The notes under the pieces are model-generated. The model was not told the origin of the DNA and did not search any database. It was given only the letters and a program-made list of their open reading frames with translations. From Bdellovibrionota bacterium (lineage in GTDB: Bacteria; Bdellovibrionota_C; UBA2361; JBIKUX01), in assembly GCA_044347345.1 (NCBI GenBank), contig JBIKUX010000025.1, forward strand, positions 1-38,108: a stretch of 38,108 nt of DNA, in the 5' to 3' direction. Of this stretch, positions 37,723 to 38,108 are shown piece after piece. The position numbers were made by a program, and so were the translations under genes. The stretch's first letter is position 1. Every line of letters starts with the position of its first letter.

Positions 37723-38108
37723 TTAATTTGTCTCCGTATATTCGTCATCTAAAAATTCATCATCTGGAACCTCTTCCTCAGTGGATTCACAGCTACCTAA
37801 GCTTGAAACTTTTTCAATTAGCTCGTTTATTGCACTAGTAACGTAGGGAATAATTGACTTCGGTACAATCCGAACTGGCTTACCTCTAAAACTCCTGTCT
37901 CGCCCCGATACCAATGGCCGCAAAGGAGATTGCGACTGAGGAGAAGGAGATGAGCGAGAAGAAGAATGAGACGGAGGAGGAGGTGGTGGTGGTAGTGATA
38001 TCTCTCTATTTCGCGCTAATTCTTTTCTTGGTAACAACGCTAGTGAAGCACGGTCTTGCACCTTAAATGCAAAGCGTAAATCTTTTAAGCACTTGGAGCG
38101 TCTCTTTT
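37723..38108 (-). CDS. Hypothetical protein, 3' part only (start outside the window)
   Basis: The frame of the 112-aa track ORF stays open to the window edge (KRRSKCLKDLRFAFK before the GTG); poly-Pro/Ser linker and acidic C-terminus. Confidence 0.55.
   Translation of the reverse strand, partial: KRRSKCLKDLRFAFKVQDRASLALLPRKELARNREISLPPPPPPPSHSSSRSSPSPQSQSPLRPLVSGRDRSFRGKPVRIVPKSIIPYVTSAINELIEKVSSLGSCESTEEEVPDDEFLDDEYTETN

Overview
AT-rich bacterial chromosomal window. Most genes lie on the minus strand, and the gene order (rpsB-tsf-pyrH-frr-uppS-cdsA-dxr-rseP-tsaB; nadK-recN; rpsO-pnp-dut; rho) is of a type I associate with former deltaproteobacterial or Bdellovibrionota-like lineages; that taxonomy is inference only. 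Accessory content includes the right end of an IS3-family element at the left edge, a sigma54-dependent response regulator with a coupled degenerate receiver protein downstream of rho, an RND pump pair, a GT4 glycosyltransferase, an M23 peptidase and several exported hypothetical proteins. The most striking feature is an orphan, divergent flagellin (4861..6924). Its variable region is a complete set of seven FG-GAP/VCBS-type repeats (a predicted calcium-binding beta-propeller) held between two (Pro-Gly-Thr)n linkers, which makes it a candidate adhesin- or lectin-displaying flagellin. Other notable items are a good sigma28-like promoter in front of a TPR membrane protein and PATAN(DUF4388)-acidic protein pair, a secreted protein ending exactly in CxxCH, an expanded S2-leader-like RNA, and long low-complexity extensions on Rho, S2 and S15. 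I saw no rRNA, tRNA or CRISPR array. All calls are by eye, with no database searches.
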